Shown: positions 18,523-28,455, counted from the stretch's first letter. The stretch is 64,000 bases of DNA from Armatimonadota bacterium (GCA_041690135.1 JAWLHY010000015.1:1-64000), one strand, 5' to 3'. Made by a program: numbers and translations. The notes: generated by a model from the sequence alone, not told the origin.

Positions 18523-19038
18523 TTACTGAAGCACCACCTTGGCGTACTTGGTGGGTTCCTTCTCGAAATCGGCCTTCGACTTGTCGGACTCGAAGTAGTA
18601 GACGCCGCCCTTGTACTCGACCTTGGGCGCGTCGGCCGACATCTCGAACTCCTTGCCGGTCACCACGTCGGCCAGCTTGAAGAAGTAATTGTTCGGCTCC
18701 TTCGCGAAGCCCATCGAGCAGCCGGCGCAGCAGAAGTAGACGATCTGGTCGTTGACCACCAGCCGGTTGTTCTTGTTGGCACGGCCCTTAATGTTGCGGA
18801 CCGGGCACTCGACCGTCGTCTTCAGGTAGCTTTCCGGCGCCTTCAGAAACGCCTCGCGGCTCTTCGCGTCGGCGAAGTAGAGGTTCGCGCCTCCGGCCCG
18901 AACCATGGGGGTTTCCTTGGCAACCGTGACCGGCTTCTTGGTCACGGGGCAAACCATCTTCTTGCCGATGTCGTTGGCAGAGGCACTTACGGACAGGGCC
19001 ACCGAGGCCAGTGCAGCCAGGCGCAGCAACTTAAGCAT
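18523..19038 (-). CDS. secreted triple YHS-domain protein
   Basis: Signal peptide; three repeats CPV/DVV...YF...F.K.P..Y. Confidence 0.85.
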   Translation of the reverse strand: MLKLLRLAALASVALSVSASANDIGKKMVCPVTKKPVTVAKETPMVRAGGANLYFADAKSREAFLKAPESYLKTTVECPVRNIKGRANKNNRLVVNDQIVYFCCAGCSMGFAKEPNNYFFKLADVVTGKEFEMSADAPKVEYKGGVYYFESDKSKADFEKEPTKYAKVVLQ

Positions 19039-19390
19039 GGGTTAGTTCCTCCAGTTAGGATCGATAGGCAGGGTGAAAGAGGGCAGTCTGTCTGTTATAC
19101 GTGCGGAAGCCGCGGCGGTCAGCGTGATGCGTAATCCGTGACGCGAAGTCCTCGTAGGATCGACGAGCGAAAAGCACGACGGTTGCCTCGCAGCAGTTGT
19201 CATGCATTAAAGGCAAAACGTGAAGTGAAACACGCAATCCGGGCTCGCGACGCAAGACGGCTCCCAGCACGCATCATTCGCTACTTCAACATGCGGAAAA
19301 GCTTTCCCTGCCTGTACCTGTTCAGGCATCCGAGGAGGAGAGTGAGGTACGCCACCCGAACGCGTAGTAGTACAGCCGTTCTTTCAGGTT

Positions 19391-19434
19391 GCCACTGAAG
19401 TCGCAAGCTGAAAAAGACACGAAGTCGGCACCCA
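19391..19434. repeat. REP-like element, copy 1
   Basis: GCCACTGAAGTCGCAAGCTGAAAAAGACACGAA...GCACCCA, similar to 28521-28564. Confidence 0.7.
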
Positions 19435-19452
19435 CACCCGCAAGCCCCGCCC

Positions 19453-22400
19453 ATGTTTTTTCGCCGGTTCCATATCCTGCCCTTGACCTTGTTGCTGGCC
19501 GCAACCACTGCTCCTTCCGCGGTGCTGGCCGCGTCGCTCTCTCCCGTCCACCTGCGGTGCGAGTACCGGGAGAACCCGGTCGGGATCGATGAAACCGTGC
19601 CCCGGCTCTCCTGGCAATGCGTGGGAGAAGGGCGCGGTCTGCGCCAGAAGGCCTACCAGATCCGTGTCGCCGCCTCGCGAGAGGCTCTGAAGCAGGGTCG
19701 TGGCGACCTGTGGGATAGCGGCAAGGTGGAGACCGACCGAAGCACCCAGGTGATCTACCGCGGGCGGCCCCTTCCGAGCGGCACCCGCTGCTACTGGCAG
19801 GTCCGTCTATGGGACCAGGGAGGGAAAGTCTCCGCCTACAGCAAGCCGGCCTACTGGGAAATGGGGCTCGTGAAACCCGGCGACTGGTCGGCGAAGTGGA
19901 TCGGTTTTCCGCTTCCGGACCAGCAGGTGCCATTCGATCTGAAGGGTACGCCCTGGGTCTGGTATCCGGAGGGGAATCCCCTGCAGAATGCACCCCAGGG
20001 GACCCGCTACTTCCGCCGGAGCGTCGAGATCCCGGCGGACCGTCCTATCCGGCGGGCACGCTTCTACCTGGCGGCCGACAACAGCTTCACCCTCTTCGTT
20101 AACGGCAAGGCCGTGGGCAACGGCGGCGGCTGGGGCACGGCCCAGGAGATCGACGTCCAACCACAGTTGGTCCCCGGCCGGAACACGTTTGCGGTCTCGG
20201 CCACCAACGCGGACGGGCCGGCGGGGCTACTCGGGAAACTCGTGGTGCAGTACGACACCGGAGCCCCGATCACGCTGAACATCGACTCGCAGTGGAAGGC
20301 GGCCGAGCGCGAGCATCCGGGCTGGCAGAACGCAGGGTTCCGGGATGCCGACTGGCCCGCCGCCAGGCAGATCGGGGTGATGGGAACACCGCCGTGGGGC
20401 CAGGTGAAAGCCGGCGGCACGGAGGGCGGCCCCAGTCCCTACCTCCGGCGCGAGTTTGAACTTACCAAACCGGTCCGGCGCGCCCGGGCCTACGTTACCG
20501 CGCTCGGGCTCTACCGCCTCCACCTGAACGGACGCCGCATCGGCGAGGATGCCCTGAGCCCGGGCTGGACGGATTACCGGAAGCGCGCCCTCTACCAGAC
20601 CTTCGACATTACGGATCAGCTCAACACGGGGACGAACGCACTCGGCGCGATCGTGGGGGACGGCTGGTTCGCCGGCTCGCTGGGCTTCGATCTCAGCCGC
20701 AATCACTTCGGCCCCGGCCCGGCCCGCTTCCGCCTCCAGCTCCACATCGAACATACGGACGGCTCCGAGCGCCGGGTCGTGACGGACGAGAACTGGCTGG
20801 GCGCCACCGGCCCGATCCGCGAATCCGACCTCTACGCCGGGGAGACCTACGACGCCCGCCGGGAGATGCCGGGCTGGGACACTCCCGCCTACAGCCCCAC
20901 GCTGGCGACCTGGCGCGCCGCGACGGTTTACACGGATCGCCAACCCGCTCTGAACGCGCAGATGGAGCCGCCGATCCGCGTGACGGAAGAGCTCAAAACG
21001 CGCTACGTCCTGCGGCCCAAGCCCGGAGTCTACGTGTTCGACCTGGGTCAGAACATGGTGGGCCGTGCGCGCCTGAAGGCCCAGGGGCCCGCCGGCACCC
21101 GCGTCACGCTGCGCTTCGCGGAGGTCCTCAACCCCGACGGAACGGTCTACCGCGACAACCTGCGCCGCGCCCGGGCCACGGATACCTACATCCTGCGGGG
21201 CGGAGGCCCGGAGGTCTACGAGCCGCACTTCACCTACCACGGCTTCCGGTATGTGGAAGTGACCGGTTACCCAGGAGAGCCGAGTGCGGACGCGATCACC
21301 GGCCGGGTATTCCACACCGCCGCCACTCCTACCAGCCGGTTCACCACTTCCAGCGACCTGATCAACCGCCTCTACCGGAATATCGATTGGGGCCTGCGCG
21401 GCAACCTGATGAGCGTGCCCACCGACTGTCCCCAACGGGATGAGCGCCTCGGCTGGATGGGGGATGCGCAGCTCTTCGCGCGCTCTTCCATCTGGTACAT
21501 GGACCTGTCCGGCTTCTACACCAAGTGGATGCGGGACATCGTGGACGCGCAATCGGCGGAAGGCGGCTTCTCGGACGTTTCGCCCCGCGTGGTGGACCTG
21601 GCGGACGGCGCCCCGGCCTGGGCGGAAGCCGGCCTGGTGGTGCCGTGGACCCTCTACGAATGCTACGGCGACACGCGCATCCTGGAGCGCAACTGGGAGC
21701 CCATGCGCCGCTACGTGGACCTGCTCGTCCAGCATAACCCGGACCTCCTCTGGCTGAAGCGCCGCAACAATGACTTCGGCGATTGGGTTCCGGCGGGAGA
21801 GCAGACCAACAAGGACCTGATCGCTTCCGCCTACCTGGCCTATGACCTCCGGCTGCTGTCCCGGATGGCGGCCGCTCTTGGACGGGGAGAAGAGGCGAAG
21901 AAGTACGCGGAACTGGCCGACCGGTCCGCCGCAGCCTTCAACCAGCGCTTCCTGGCGGCGGACGGCCGCTACACGGGGGACACCCAGACCGCCTACGCGA
22001 TGGCCCTGGGCCTCGACCTGGTACCGGCGGACCGTAAAGCCCAGGTCACCCAGCGCCTGGTGGAGGCGGTGCGGCGCCGGAACGGGCATCTGGCCACCGG
22101 CTTCATCGGGACCCGCTTTCTCCTGCCGGCCCTATCCGACGGGGGTCATCACGAACTGGCCTGCAGCATTCTGGGGAACCGCACCTATCCCTCCTGGGGC
22201 TACATGATCGAGAAGGGCGCCACCACGATCTGGGAGCTCTGGAACAGCGACACGGAAGGGCCGGCCATGAACTCGCGCAACCACTTCGCTTTCGGCACCG
22301 TGGCCGAATGGCTGCAGCGCTACCTGGCCGGAATCGACACCGACGCCGCGGCCCCCGGCTATCGACGGATCATCATCCGGCCCCGTCTCCACCCACACCT

Positions 22401-22710
22401 CACCCACGCCCGCGGAGAGTACGACGCCCTCCAGGGTCCCATCGTCAGCGAGTGGACCCGTAAGGACGACGGATTGGAGCTGGTAGTGCGCATTCCCGCG
22501 AACACCAGCGCCCAGGTACACCTGCCCCGGACCAGCCGAGGCCTCCCGGACGTGGTGGAAGGCGGAAAGCCGGTGTGGAAAGAGGGCCGGCTCGTGAAGG
22601 GCCGGCCCGGAATCTACTCGGCGCGCGGTACGGAAGACGGGGTGGTGTTCGAAATCGGCAGCGGCACCTACCGCTTTCGAACCTCCCGAGGGAGTCACGT
22701 GGAACCTTAG
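19453..22710 (+). CDS. alpha-L-rhamnosidase (GH78), secreted
   Basis: LRCEYRENP, FDLGQN, FTYHGFRYVE, PTDCPQRDERLGWMGD, FGDW, GATTIWE, MNSRNH. Confidence 0.95.
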   Translation: MFFRRFHILPLTLLLAATTAPSAVLAASLSPVHLRCEYRENPVGIDETVPRLSWQCVGEGRGLRQKAYQIRVAASREALKQGRGDLWDSGKVETDRSTQVIYRGRPLPSGTRCYWQVRLWDQGGKVSAYSKPAYWEMGLVKPGDWSAKWIGFPLPDQQVPFDLKGTPWVWYPEGNPLQNAPQGTRYFRRSVEIPADRPIRRARFYLAADNSFTLFVNGKAVGNGGGWGTAQEIDVQPQLVPGRNTFAVSATNADGPAGLLGKLVVQYDTGAPITLNIDSQWKAAEREHPGWQNAGFRDADWPAARQIGVMGTPPWGQVKAGGTEGGPSPYLRREFELTKPVRRARAYVTALGLYRLHLNGRRIGEDALSPGWTDYRKRALYQTFDITDQLNTGTNALGAIVGDGWFAGSLGFDLSRNHFGPGPARFRLQLHIEHTDGSERRVVTDENWLGATGPIRESDLYAGETYDARREMPGWDTPAYSPTLATWRAATVYTDRQPALNAQMEPPIRVTEELKTRYVLRPKPGVYVFDLGQNMVGRARLKAQGPAGTRVTLRFAEVLNPDGTVYRDNLRRARATDTYILRGGGPEVYEPHFTYHGFRYVEVTGYPGEPSADAITGRVFHTAATPTSRFTTSSDLINRLYRNIDWGLRGNLMSVPTDCPQRDERLGWMGDAQLFARSSIWYMDLSGFYTKWMRDIVDAQSAEGGFSDVSPRVVDLADGAPAWAEAGLVVPWTLYECYGDTRILERNWEPMRRYVDLLVQHNPDLLWLKRRNNDFGDWVPAGEQTNKDLIASAYLAYDLRLLSRMAAALGRGEEAKKYAELADRSAAAFNQRFLAADGRYTGDTQTAYAMALGLDLVPADRKAQVTQRLVEAVRRRNGHLATGFIGTRFLLPALSDGGHHELACSILGNRTYPSWGYMIEKGATTIWELWNSDTEGPAMNSRNHFAFGTVAEWLQRYLAGIDTDAAAPGYRRIIIRPRLHPHLTHARGEYDALQGPIVSEWTRKDDGLELVVRIPANTSAQVHLPRTSRGLPDVVEGGKPVWKEGRLVKGRPGIYSARGTEDGVVFEIGSGTYRFRTSRGSHVEP

Positions 22711-22785
22711 GGATTTCTAAATCTACCAACTAACCGGAGATTGCCGGCGTTTGCCCGTTGAGCAACCAAAAGGGAAGTTGCTGCT

Positions 22786-22814
22786 TTGACGTTGCAAGCA
22801 GCCCCCCGTATAAT
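22786..22814 (+). promoter_or_regulatory. sigma70 promoter of vWA-FHA-PP2C cluster
   Basis: TTGACG-N17-TATAAT. Confidence 0.85.
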
Positions 22815-22864
22815 TTCGAGAATTCCCAAAACTGCCCACGCCAGGCGAAAGGAAGAAGCTCCGC

Positions 22865-24205
22865 ATGGAACCGACCCGTATCATCGGTCCCGTCGGCGAC
22901 GCGACGCAGCTCGCCGGATTCCCAGGCGCGCCCGGTTTCGACCCCGGGCGCACGGCTATGGCCGGCTCCGCTTACGCGCTCTCGCTCCAGGTGATCTCCG
23001 GCAACCAGTACGCCCAGGCGGGGCGAAACTCGGCGGAGCACGCACTCATCCAGGTGGATGCCTCCGGAGCGGCGTTCGGCCGGCGGATGCCCCTCAATCT
23101 TTGCCTGGTCATCGACCGCAGCGGCTCGATGGAAGGGGAACCGCTGGAGTACGTCAAGCGCGCCTGCGGGCACGTGGTGGACCTGCTGGACCAGAACGAC
23201 GTTCTTTCGATCGTCACCTTCGAGGAGCGCGTCGACGTCGTGATGCCGGCGCGGCGAGTGCTCAATAAAGGCCTGATCAAAGAGCACATCAACCGGATCA
23301 TGCCCGGCAACACCACCAACATCTACGATGGGCTGGTGGCGGGCTGCTCGCAAGTCGCCTCCGTCCGCTCGGAGGGGTATATCAACCGCGTGGTAGTCCT
23401 CACCGACGGCGAGCCGACCGCGGGCGTTAAGGACTACCCTTCCATCGTGGGTTGTGCCGCGGAGCAGCGCACGCGCGGAATTTCGGTGACGGCCCTGGGA
23501 TTCGGGCCGGAGTACAACGAAGAGCTGCTGGCCGGCCTGGCTAAGCGCGGCGGCGGCAACTACTACTACATCGCCCGTCCCGAGCTGATCCCGGAGGTGT
23601 TTCGCTCCGAGCTGGAGCAACTTCTCACCCTCGTCGCCAAGAACATCCGGCTGCGGATGGTCCTCAGCCGCTGGACGGAACTACGCCAGGTCTACAACCA
23701 GCAGCCGATCCTGGGGCCCCGCACGGCGGAAGTGCAGATTCCCGACCTGGAGCGCGGCGCTTCCCAACGCACCCTGGTGGAGTTGGGACTCGGTCGCCGG
23801 CCCGCCGGCACTTACCGGGTAGCGCGCATCGAAGTGAGCTACGATGACTGCGTGACCGGCGCCTTCAACCAGCGGCTGGATGGCGATCTCGTCTTCAACT
23901 TCGTGACCGATCCCGCCCTGGTTGCGAGCGGCGTGAACGGAACGGTCCAGCGCGAAATCGAAGTGGCCCGCGCCTCCCGTAGCCTCGAGCGAACGATGAT
24001 GGGCATCAAAACGCAGCAACTGACGGCGATGCACGCGCTGCAGGATCTGCAGCGCACTCAGATGTTGCTGGCGCAGACCGGTATGCAGGAACAGGCAGCC
24101 GAGGTAGGCGAGGCGATCCAGGGCCTGCGCAGCGGCTCCGGCGACGTCGAGAAGACGCTCATCGGCACCATCGTGGATCTCGACCTGGGCAAGCGGAAGT
24201 CTTAA
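22865..24205 (+). CDS. vWA domain protein
   Basis: PLNLCLVIDRSGSM (MIDAS DxSxS), TNIYDG, LTDG, GFG..YNEELL, GGGNYYYI. Confidence 0.92.
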   Translation: MEPTRIIGPVGDATQLAGFPGAPGFDPGRTAMAGSAYALSLQVISGNQYAQAGRNSAEHALIQVDASGAAFGRRMPLNLCLVIDRSGSMEGEPLEYVKRACGHVVDLLDQNDVLSIVTFEERVDVVMPARRVLNKGLIKEHINRIMPGNTTNIYDGLVAGCSQVASVRSEGYINRVVVLTDGEPTAGVKDYPSIVGCAAEQRTRGISVTALGFGPEYNEELLAGLAKRGGGNYYYIARPELIPEVFRSELEQLLTLVAKNIRLRMVLSRWTELRQVYNQQPILGPRTAEVQIPDLERGASQRTLVELGLGRRPAGTYRVARIEVSYDDCVTGAFNQRLDGDLVFNFVTDPALVASGVNGTVQREIEVARASRSLERTMMGIKTQQLTAMHALQDLQRTQMLLAQTGMQEQAAEVGEAIQGLRSGSGDVEKTLIGTIVDLDLGKRKS

Positions 24206-24229
24206 CGGAGAGGGTCAGGAGGAGCTAAC

Positions 24230-25231
24230 GTGGAAGACCGGACCATCGTGGAACCAGCGATGCCTGCCATGGGAACAGGGGAGGCGACCCGCGTGATGAA
24301 CGTGCCCCCGGCCGGGGGCATGGGCATGGGGGATGCCACCCAGCACGCAATTACCGTTACCTGCCCCGTTTGCCAGACGCCGAACCCACCGGGCGAGCCG
24401 TATTGCCAGGACTGCGGTTTGCTGTTCGGCTCAACCCCGGATGAGGTGGAGCCGCTTCCGGACGCCTCGCAGCTTCCGCGCCTGGTGGAAGCTGCTTCCG
24501 GACGGGAGTTTGCATTGAACCCTGGGGTCAACAGCGTGGGCCGCGAAGCAGCCGACATTCTGTTGGTGGACCCCACGGTCTCGCGCCGCCACGCTCAGGT
24601 GACCCTCCAGGGCAGCGAGGCCATCGTGGAGGACCTGGGCAGCACCAACGGCAGCTACGTCGCGGGTCGGCGACTGGCCCCCGGCGAGCAGGCGACCGCT
24701 TACAACGGCGACACCGTCCGCTTCGGTAACATCCACCTTTCGCTGACCCTGCCCGGCGCCGCCAGCCGGCCGGAAGGGGCGGTAGCTCCCGCCGCCGCCG
24801 CACCGGCGGTAGAGGCCGCGGCCGACCGCGGGCCGGCCGTGGGCAGCCTGGTGCTGGCCGACGGTACCGAGTTCCCGCTCTACGAGGGCGCCAACACCCT
24901 GGGACGCCGTTCGGGCAACCAGATCGTGATTGCGGATGCCTTCATGTCGGGAAAGCATGCCGAGATCCGCTGCGCGGCGGAAGGTTCCGCGGAGCTCGTC
25001 GACATCGGGAGCACCAACGGAACGTTCTTCGCCGGCGAGCGGCTCGCTCACCACACTCCCGTGGCCCTCACCGACGGCACCACCTTTACGATGGGAAAGA
25101 CCCCGGTCACGTTCCGCTCCACGACGGCAGCCATCGGAAACGGCCCGGCACCCATGGGCGACTTCGAACTGCCCGCCGATACCACCGTGGCTCTTTCGAC
25201 AGCGGACGAAGGCGCGCAGCCGGCGGTCTGA
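24230..25231 (+). CDS. zinc-ribbon + double FHA domain protein
   Basis: CPVC...YCQDCG; two FHA domains (GR...SRRHA...DLGSTNG; GR...SGKHA...DIGSTNG). Confidence 0.93.
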   Translation: MEDRTIVEPAMPAMGTGEATRVMNVPPAGGMGMGDATQHAITVTCPVCQTPNPPGEPYCQDCGLLFGSTPDEVEPLPDASQLPRLVEAASGREFALNPGVNSVGREAADILLVDPTVSRRHAQVTLQGSEAIVEDLGSTNGSYVAGRRLAPGEQATAYNGDTVRFGNIHLSLTLPGAASRPEGAVAPAAAAPAVEAAADRGPAVGSLVLADGTEFPLYEGANTLGRRSGNQIVIADAFMSGKHAEIRCAAEGSAELVDIGSTNGTFFAGERLAHHTPVALTDGTTFTMGKTPVTFRSTTAAIGNGPAPMGDFELPADTTVALSTADEGAQPAV

Positions 25232-25357
25232 AGGCGGCGGAAGGGAAGGAGGAACCGATCCTCGTATCTCACGAACTGAAGAAGCAACGAAGATCGAACC
25301 TTCTCTCACGCACCGGTATCGATGCACCTCCCCTCATTTCGCCTGTAATGGGTTCCC

Positions 25358-26374
25358 ATGGCTGACGAGCAAGAAATCACCGCTCCCCTCGAAACCGAGG
25401 AGCTTCAGGCCGGTTGGGCTGCCAAGTCCTCCGCCAGGCCCACGTGCTTCGCCCACGTGTTATTCGCGGCGAAAACCGATCTTGGCCTGGTCCGGGAAAA
25501 CAACGAGGACAAGTTCGAGTTCTTCGTACCGGACGATCCGGCGGTACTGGCCACCAAGGGCCGCGTGTACGCGGTGGCGGACGGCATGGGCGGCCATTCG
25601 GCCGGACAGGTCGCGGCGGAGTTGGCGCTCAACGTCTTCATCCGCTCCTATTACGCGGATGCCAGCGATGATATCGAGGCGAGCGTGACCCATGCGGTGA
25701 AGGAGGCCAATGCTTACGTCGTCGACGTGGCGCGCAACGTTCCCGGCCGCAACGGGATGGGGGCGACACTAATTGCGGCCATCGTGCGGGAAAACCAGTG
25801 CTACCTGGCATGGGTGGGTGACAGCCGCGGGTACCTGCTGCGGGGCGGCGAACTCCAGCAGGTTACGGAGGATCACTCCTGGGTCGCCGAACAGGTCCGG
25901 GCCGGGACCATGACGGAGGAAGAAGCGGAACAGTCACCTTTCCGCAATGTCATTACCCGCTCCATGGGTGGCGCTCCCGATGCGGAGCCGGACATCAATG
26001 CGTTCGAATTGCAACCGGGGGACCGTTACCTGCTCTGCTCCGACGGCTTGAGCGGGATGGTTCCATTCCACGAAATTCAGGAAATCCTGGGCTTCGGTTC
26101 GCCCTCGGTAGCTACCTGGGCCCTCGTGGACCGTGCCAACCAGTACGGCGGGCGAGACAACATCACGGCGTTCGTCCTGCAGGTCGGCGACATCGTCCCC
26201 TGGCCGGAAGACGAAGCCACGGAAGCTCTCACCGAGCCGATCGTGGTCTCCAACGGTCACTCCCCCCAGGGATCCACCGAAGCCACTCCCGCCCCGCCAC
26301 TTCCGCCGGAGAATTCCGGCGGCTCCGCCATTCCCAAGAAGGGATTGATGGGGCGGATCTTCGGCCAGAAGTAA
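25358..26374 (+). CDS. PP2C-type Ser/Thr phosphatase (Stp1/PrpC-like)
   Basis: GLVRENNED, VADGMGGH, VGDSR, DHS, RNVITR, LCSDGL, GGRDNIT. Confidence 0.95.
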   Translation: MADEQEITAPLETEELQAGWAAKSSARPTCFAHVLFAAKTDLGLVRENNEDKFEFFVPDDPAVLATKGRVYAVADGMGGHSAGQVAAELALNVFIRSYYADASDDIEASVTHAVKEANAYVVDVARNVPGRNGMGATLIAAIVRENQCYLAWVGDSRGYLLRGGELQQVTEDHSWVAEQVRAGTMTEEEAEQSPFRNVITRSMGGAPDAEPDINAFELQPGDRYLLCSDGLSGMVPFHEIQEILGFGSPSVATWALVDRANQYGGRDNITAFVLQVGDIVPWPEDEATEALTEPIVVSNGHSPQGSTEATPAPPLPPENSGGSAIPKKGLMGRIFGQK

Positions 26375-26407
26375 GACTGCCGGACGATATATCCACAGAG
26401 CACGCAG

Positions 26408-26461
26408 CCGGTACGATGAAAGGGAAGCGCCATCTTTTGCGCTTCCCTTTCATCGTACCGG
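26408..26461. terminator. 23-bp perfect hairpin after PP2C gene
   Basis: CCGGTACGATGAAAGGGAAGCGC-CATCTTTT-GCGCTTCCCTTTCATCGTACCGG. Confidence 0.75.
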
Positions 26462-26761
26462 AACTTTGGCCGCGCCAACTGTATCAATCTAGGAAGTCCA
26501 TTAGATGGATACAGTCGAGGCCCGGTTTTCCCCCTACCGCACCATGCGGTTCCCGCTTCATCCCCCCACAATTCCAGGCAGTGGGATGCCAGGATTGACC
26601 CGCCCGATCCATGGGTAACAAGCCGAGGGGCTTTCCCCCAAGAGCCAAACAGAACCGTCGATTGCTCGGAACCTTCGGAACGCAAGGTCGAGATCCCTCT
26701 CGACATCTCGTGAGCAGTCCCCGCCGGCAAGGCACCGGCATCCCGTTCACAAGGAAAAAGG

Positions 26762-27796
26762 ATGAGAGCAGTCTGGATACTTTGCGCCCTCACGGCGCTG
26801 GTTCTGGGACAGGACGCGCACGCCGCCCGCGCTGCGCGTTTTGAAGGAACGATCTCCGCCATCAGCACGGCTTCCGTACCGCCCACGGTGACTCTTACCG
26901 ATGGCGAGGAGGACGTGACGCTCAACGTCACCCCCTCCACCCGAATCCGTGCCGGTAACGGCCGCGGCAGTGTCGCGGATTTGCGCCTCGACGCGCTGGC
27001 TCGCGCCACCTACGACAGCCGCACGCTCAACGCCATCTCCATCCATCTGGAGCGGAACGACGACGAAGAGGCGGAGGCGCGCGGGGTAATTGTGGACGCC
27101 GACGGCTCGACCGGCGCCCTCTCGCTGGATACCGACGGCGACGAAACAGCCGACCTGAACCTGACCGTAGATGCACAGACGAGCATCAAGCTCGGGTCCG
27201 CCACACTGGCGCCGGACCAGATTGATGCACTCGTTGGCCTCCAGGCCGAGGTCGAGTACAACGCCGGAACGCAAATCGCCTACAAGGTGCATGCGGAGGC
27301 GGAACTCACCACCGTTACCGGGACCGTCAGCGCCATCGGTGAGGACACCCTGACCCTGGACGTCAACGGTACTCCGCTGACCTTAGAAGTCGCGACGGGC
27401 GCGGACATCCGCTTGCAGGGGCGGCGCGTCGGGCTCCCGGCCGTGCAGGTAGGCGACACGGCCCGGGTAAGCTACCTCGAAGGCGAGGAAGTGGATCTCG
27501 CGCTCCGGGTCTTCGTGGTCGGCGTCCGGCCGAAGCACGTGAACGGCTTCCTCACCGCAACCGGGGAAGGCACGCTGCTCGTGACGACCCGCACGGGTGA
27601 GGTCGAACTCGTCGTCGACAACGCCACCGACCTGCGACTGAACGGCCGCGCGACCACGGTAGCCGATCTCCAGGTGCTGCTGGATGCGAACGTCCAAGTC
27701 CGCATCTCGGCCTCTTACTTCGAGCGCGCCGAAGGCAACTTCACCACCCAGGTCCGCGCCAATGCACGCGGACGCGGTGGGCGGGGCCGCCGCTAG
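26762..27796 (+). CDS. secreted DUF5666-like tandem OB-fold repeat protein
   Basis: Signal peptide; four repeats of G.I.....L.L....T.IR..G....ADL..G..V.Y. Confidence 0.75.
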   Translation: MRAVWILCALTALVLGQDAHAARAARFEGTISAISTASVPPTVTLTDGEEDVTLNVTPSTRIRAGNGRGSVADLRLDALARATYDSRTLNAISIHLERNDDEEAEARGVIVDADGSTGALSLDTDGDETADLNLTVDAQTSIKLGSATLAPDQIDALVGLQAEVEYNAGTQIAYKVHAEAELTTVTGTVSAIGEDTLTLDVNGTPLTLEVATGADIRLQGRRVGLPAVQVGDTARVSYLEGEEVDLALRVFVVGVRPKHVNGFLTATGEGTLLVTTRTGEVELVVDNATDLRLNGRATTVADLQVLLDANVQVRISASYFERAEGNFTTQVRANARGRGGRGRR

Positions 27797-28011
27797 TCCT
27801 TACGATCGGGATGGGGAAACCAAGCTGGAATGACCGGAACGGAAAGACCGGGACCAAAAGTCCGGGATGGAAGACCGGGAAGGAAGGAAGGAACCCCATC
27901 CCGAATAGGGGAGTGGGCCGTCGCGGTCCGGGCTTTCAGGTCACCTTTACCGGAAGCCTCCTCAACAGGGGTCCGAAGGGGCGCCCGTCTGTTCGATCTG
28001 GAGGAACCATC

Positions 28012-28455
28012 ATGGCAGCGGCTGCGGAAGATAAAGCTCCCGTCATCACGGAGCACGTAACCACCCTCATCAGCGAAAAGGGCAAAACGATCATTTCTGA
28101 TGGCGTTGTCGCCAAAATCGCAGGGCTGGCCGCCCGGGAAGTCGAAGGCGTACACAGCCTCGTCGCCCACCACGTGGGTCAGGCAGTCGTCGGCCTCGCG
28201 CGCGCGCTTTCACGCCAGACCAATCGGGACAGTGGAATCCTCGTCGAAGTCGGCGAGCGAGAAGCCGCCGTCGACGTGCGCCTCGCTGCGGACTACGGGG
28301 TCAACATCCCGGCCGTGGCCGCCGCCGTCCGCAACAACGTCATCAACCGGGTCGAGTCGATGACCGGTCTGCTCGTCAAAGAAGTCAACGTGGCCGTGGT
28401 GGACCTCTACTTCCCGGAAGAGCACGCACCCGAGCCCGTTCGCCGCGTGGAGTAA
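28012..28455 (+). CDS. Asp23/Gls24 family envelope stress protein
   Basis: GKTIISDGVVAKIAGLAAREVEGV, VEVGEREAAVD, MTGLLVKEVNV.V.D; GGAGG RBS. Confidence 0.93.
   Translation: MAAAAEDKAPVITEHVTTLISEKGKTIISDGVVAKIAGLAAREVEGVHSLVAHHVGQAVVGLARALSRQTNRDSGILVEVGEREAAVDVRLAADYGVNIPAVAAAVRNNVINRVESMTGLLVKEVNVAVVDLYFPEEHAPEPVRRVE

Noticed and set aside
20227-22089. Long antisense ORFs (also 52856-54238, 55278-56750 and others)
   Set aside because: Shadow frames of GC3-rich genes with clear sense-strand motifs.
27808-27895. Purine-rich GACCGGGA/GGAA repeats
   Set aside because: Too irregular to define a unit; the ORF extension across it is unsupported (asp23 RBS is at about 28000).
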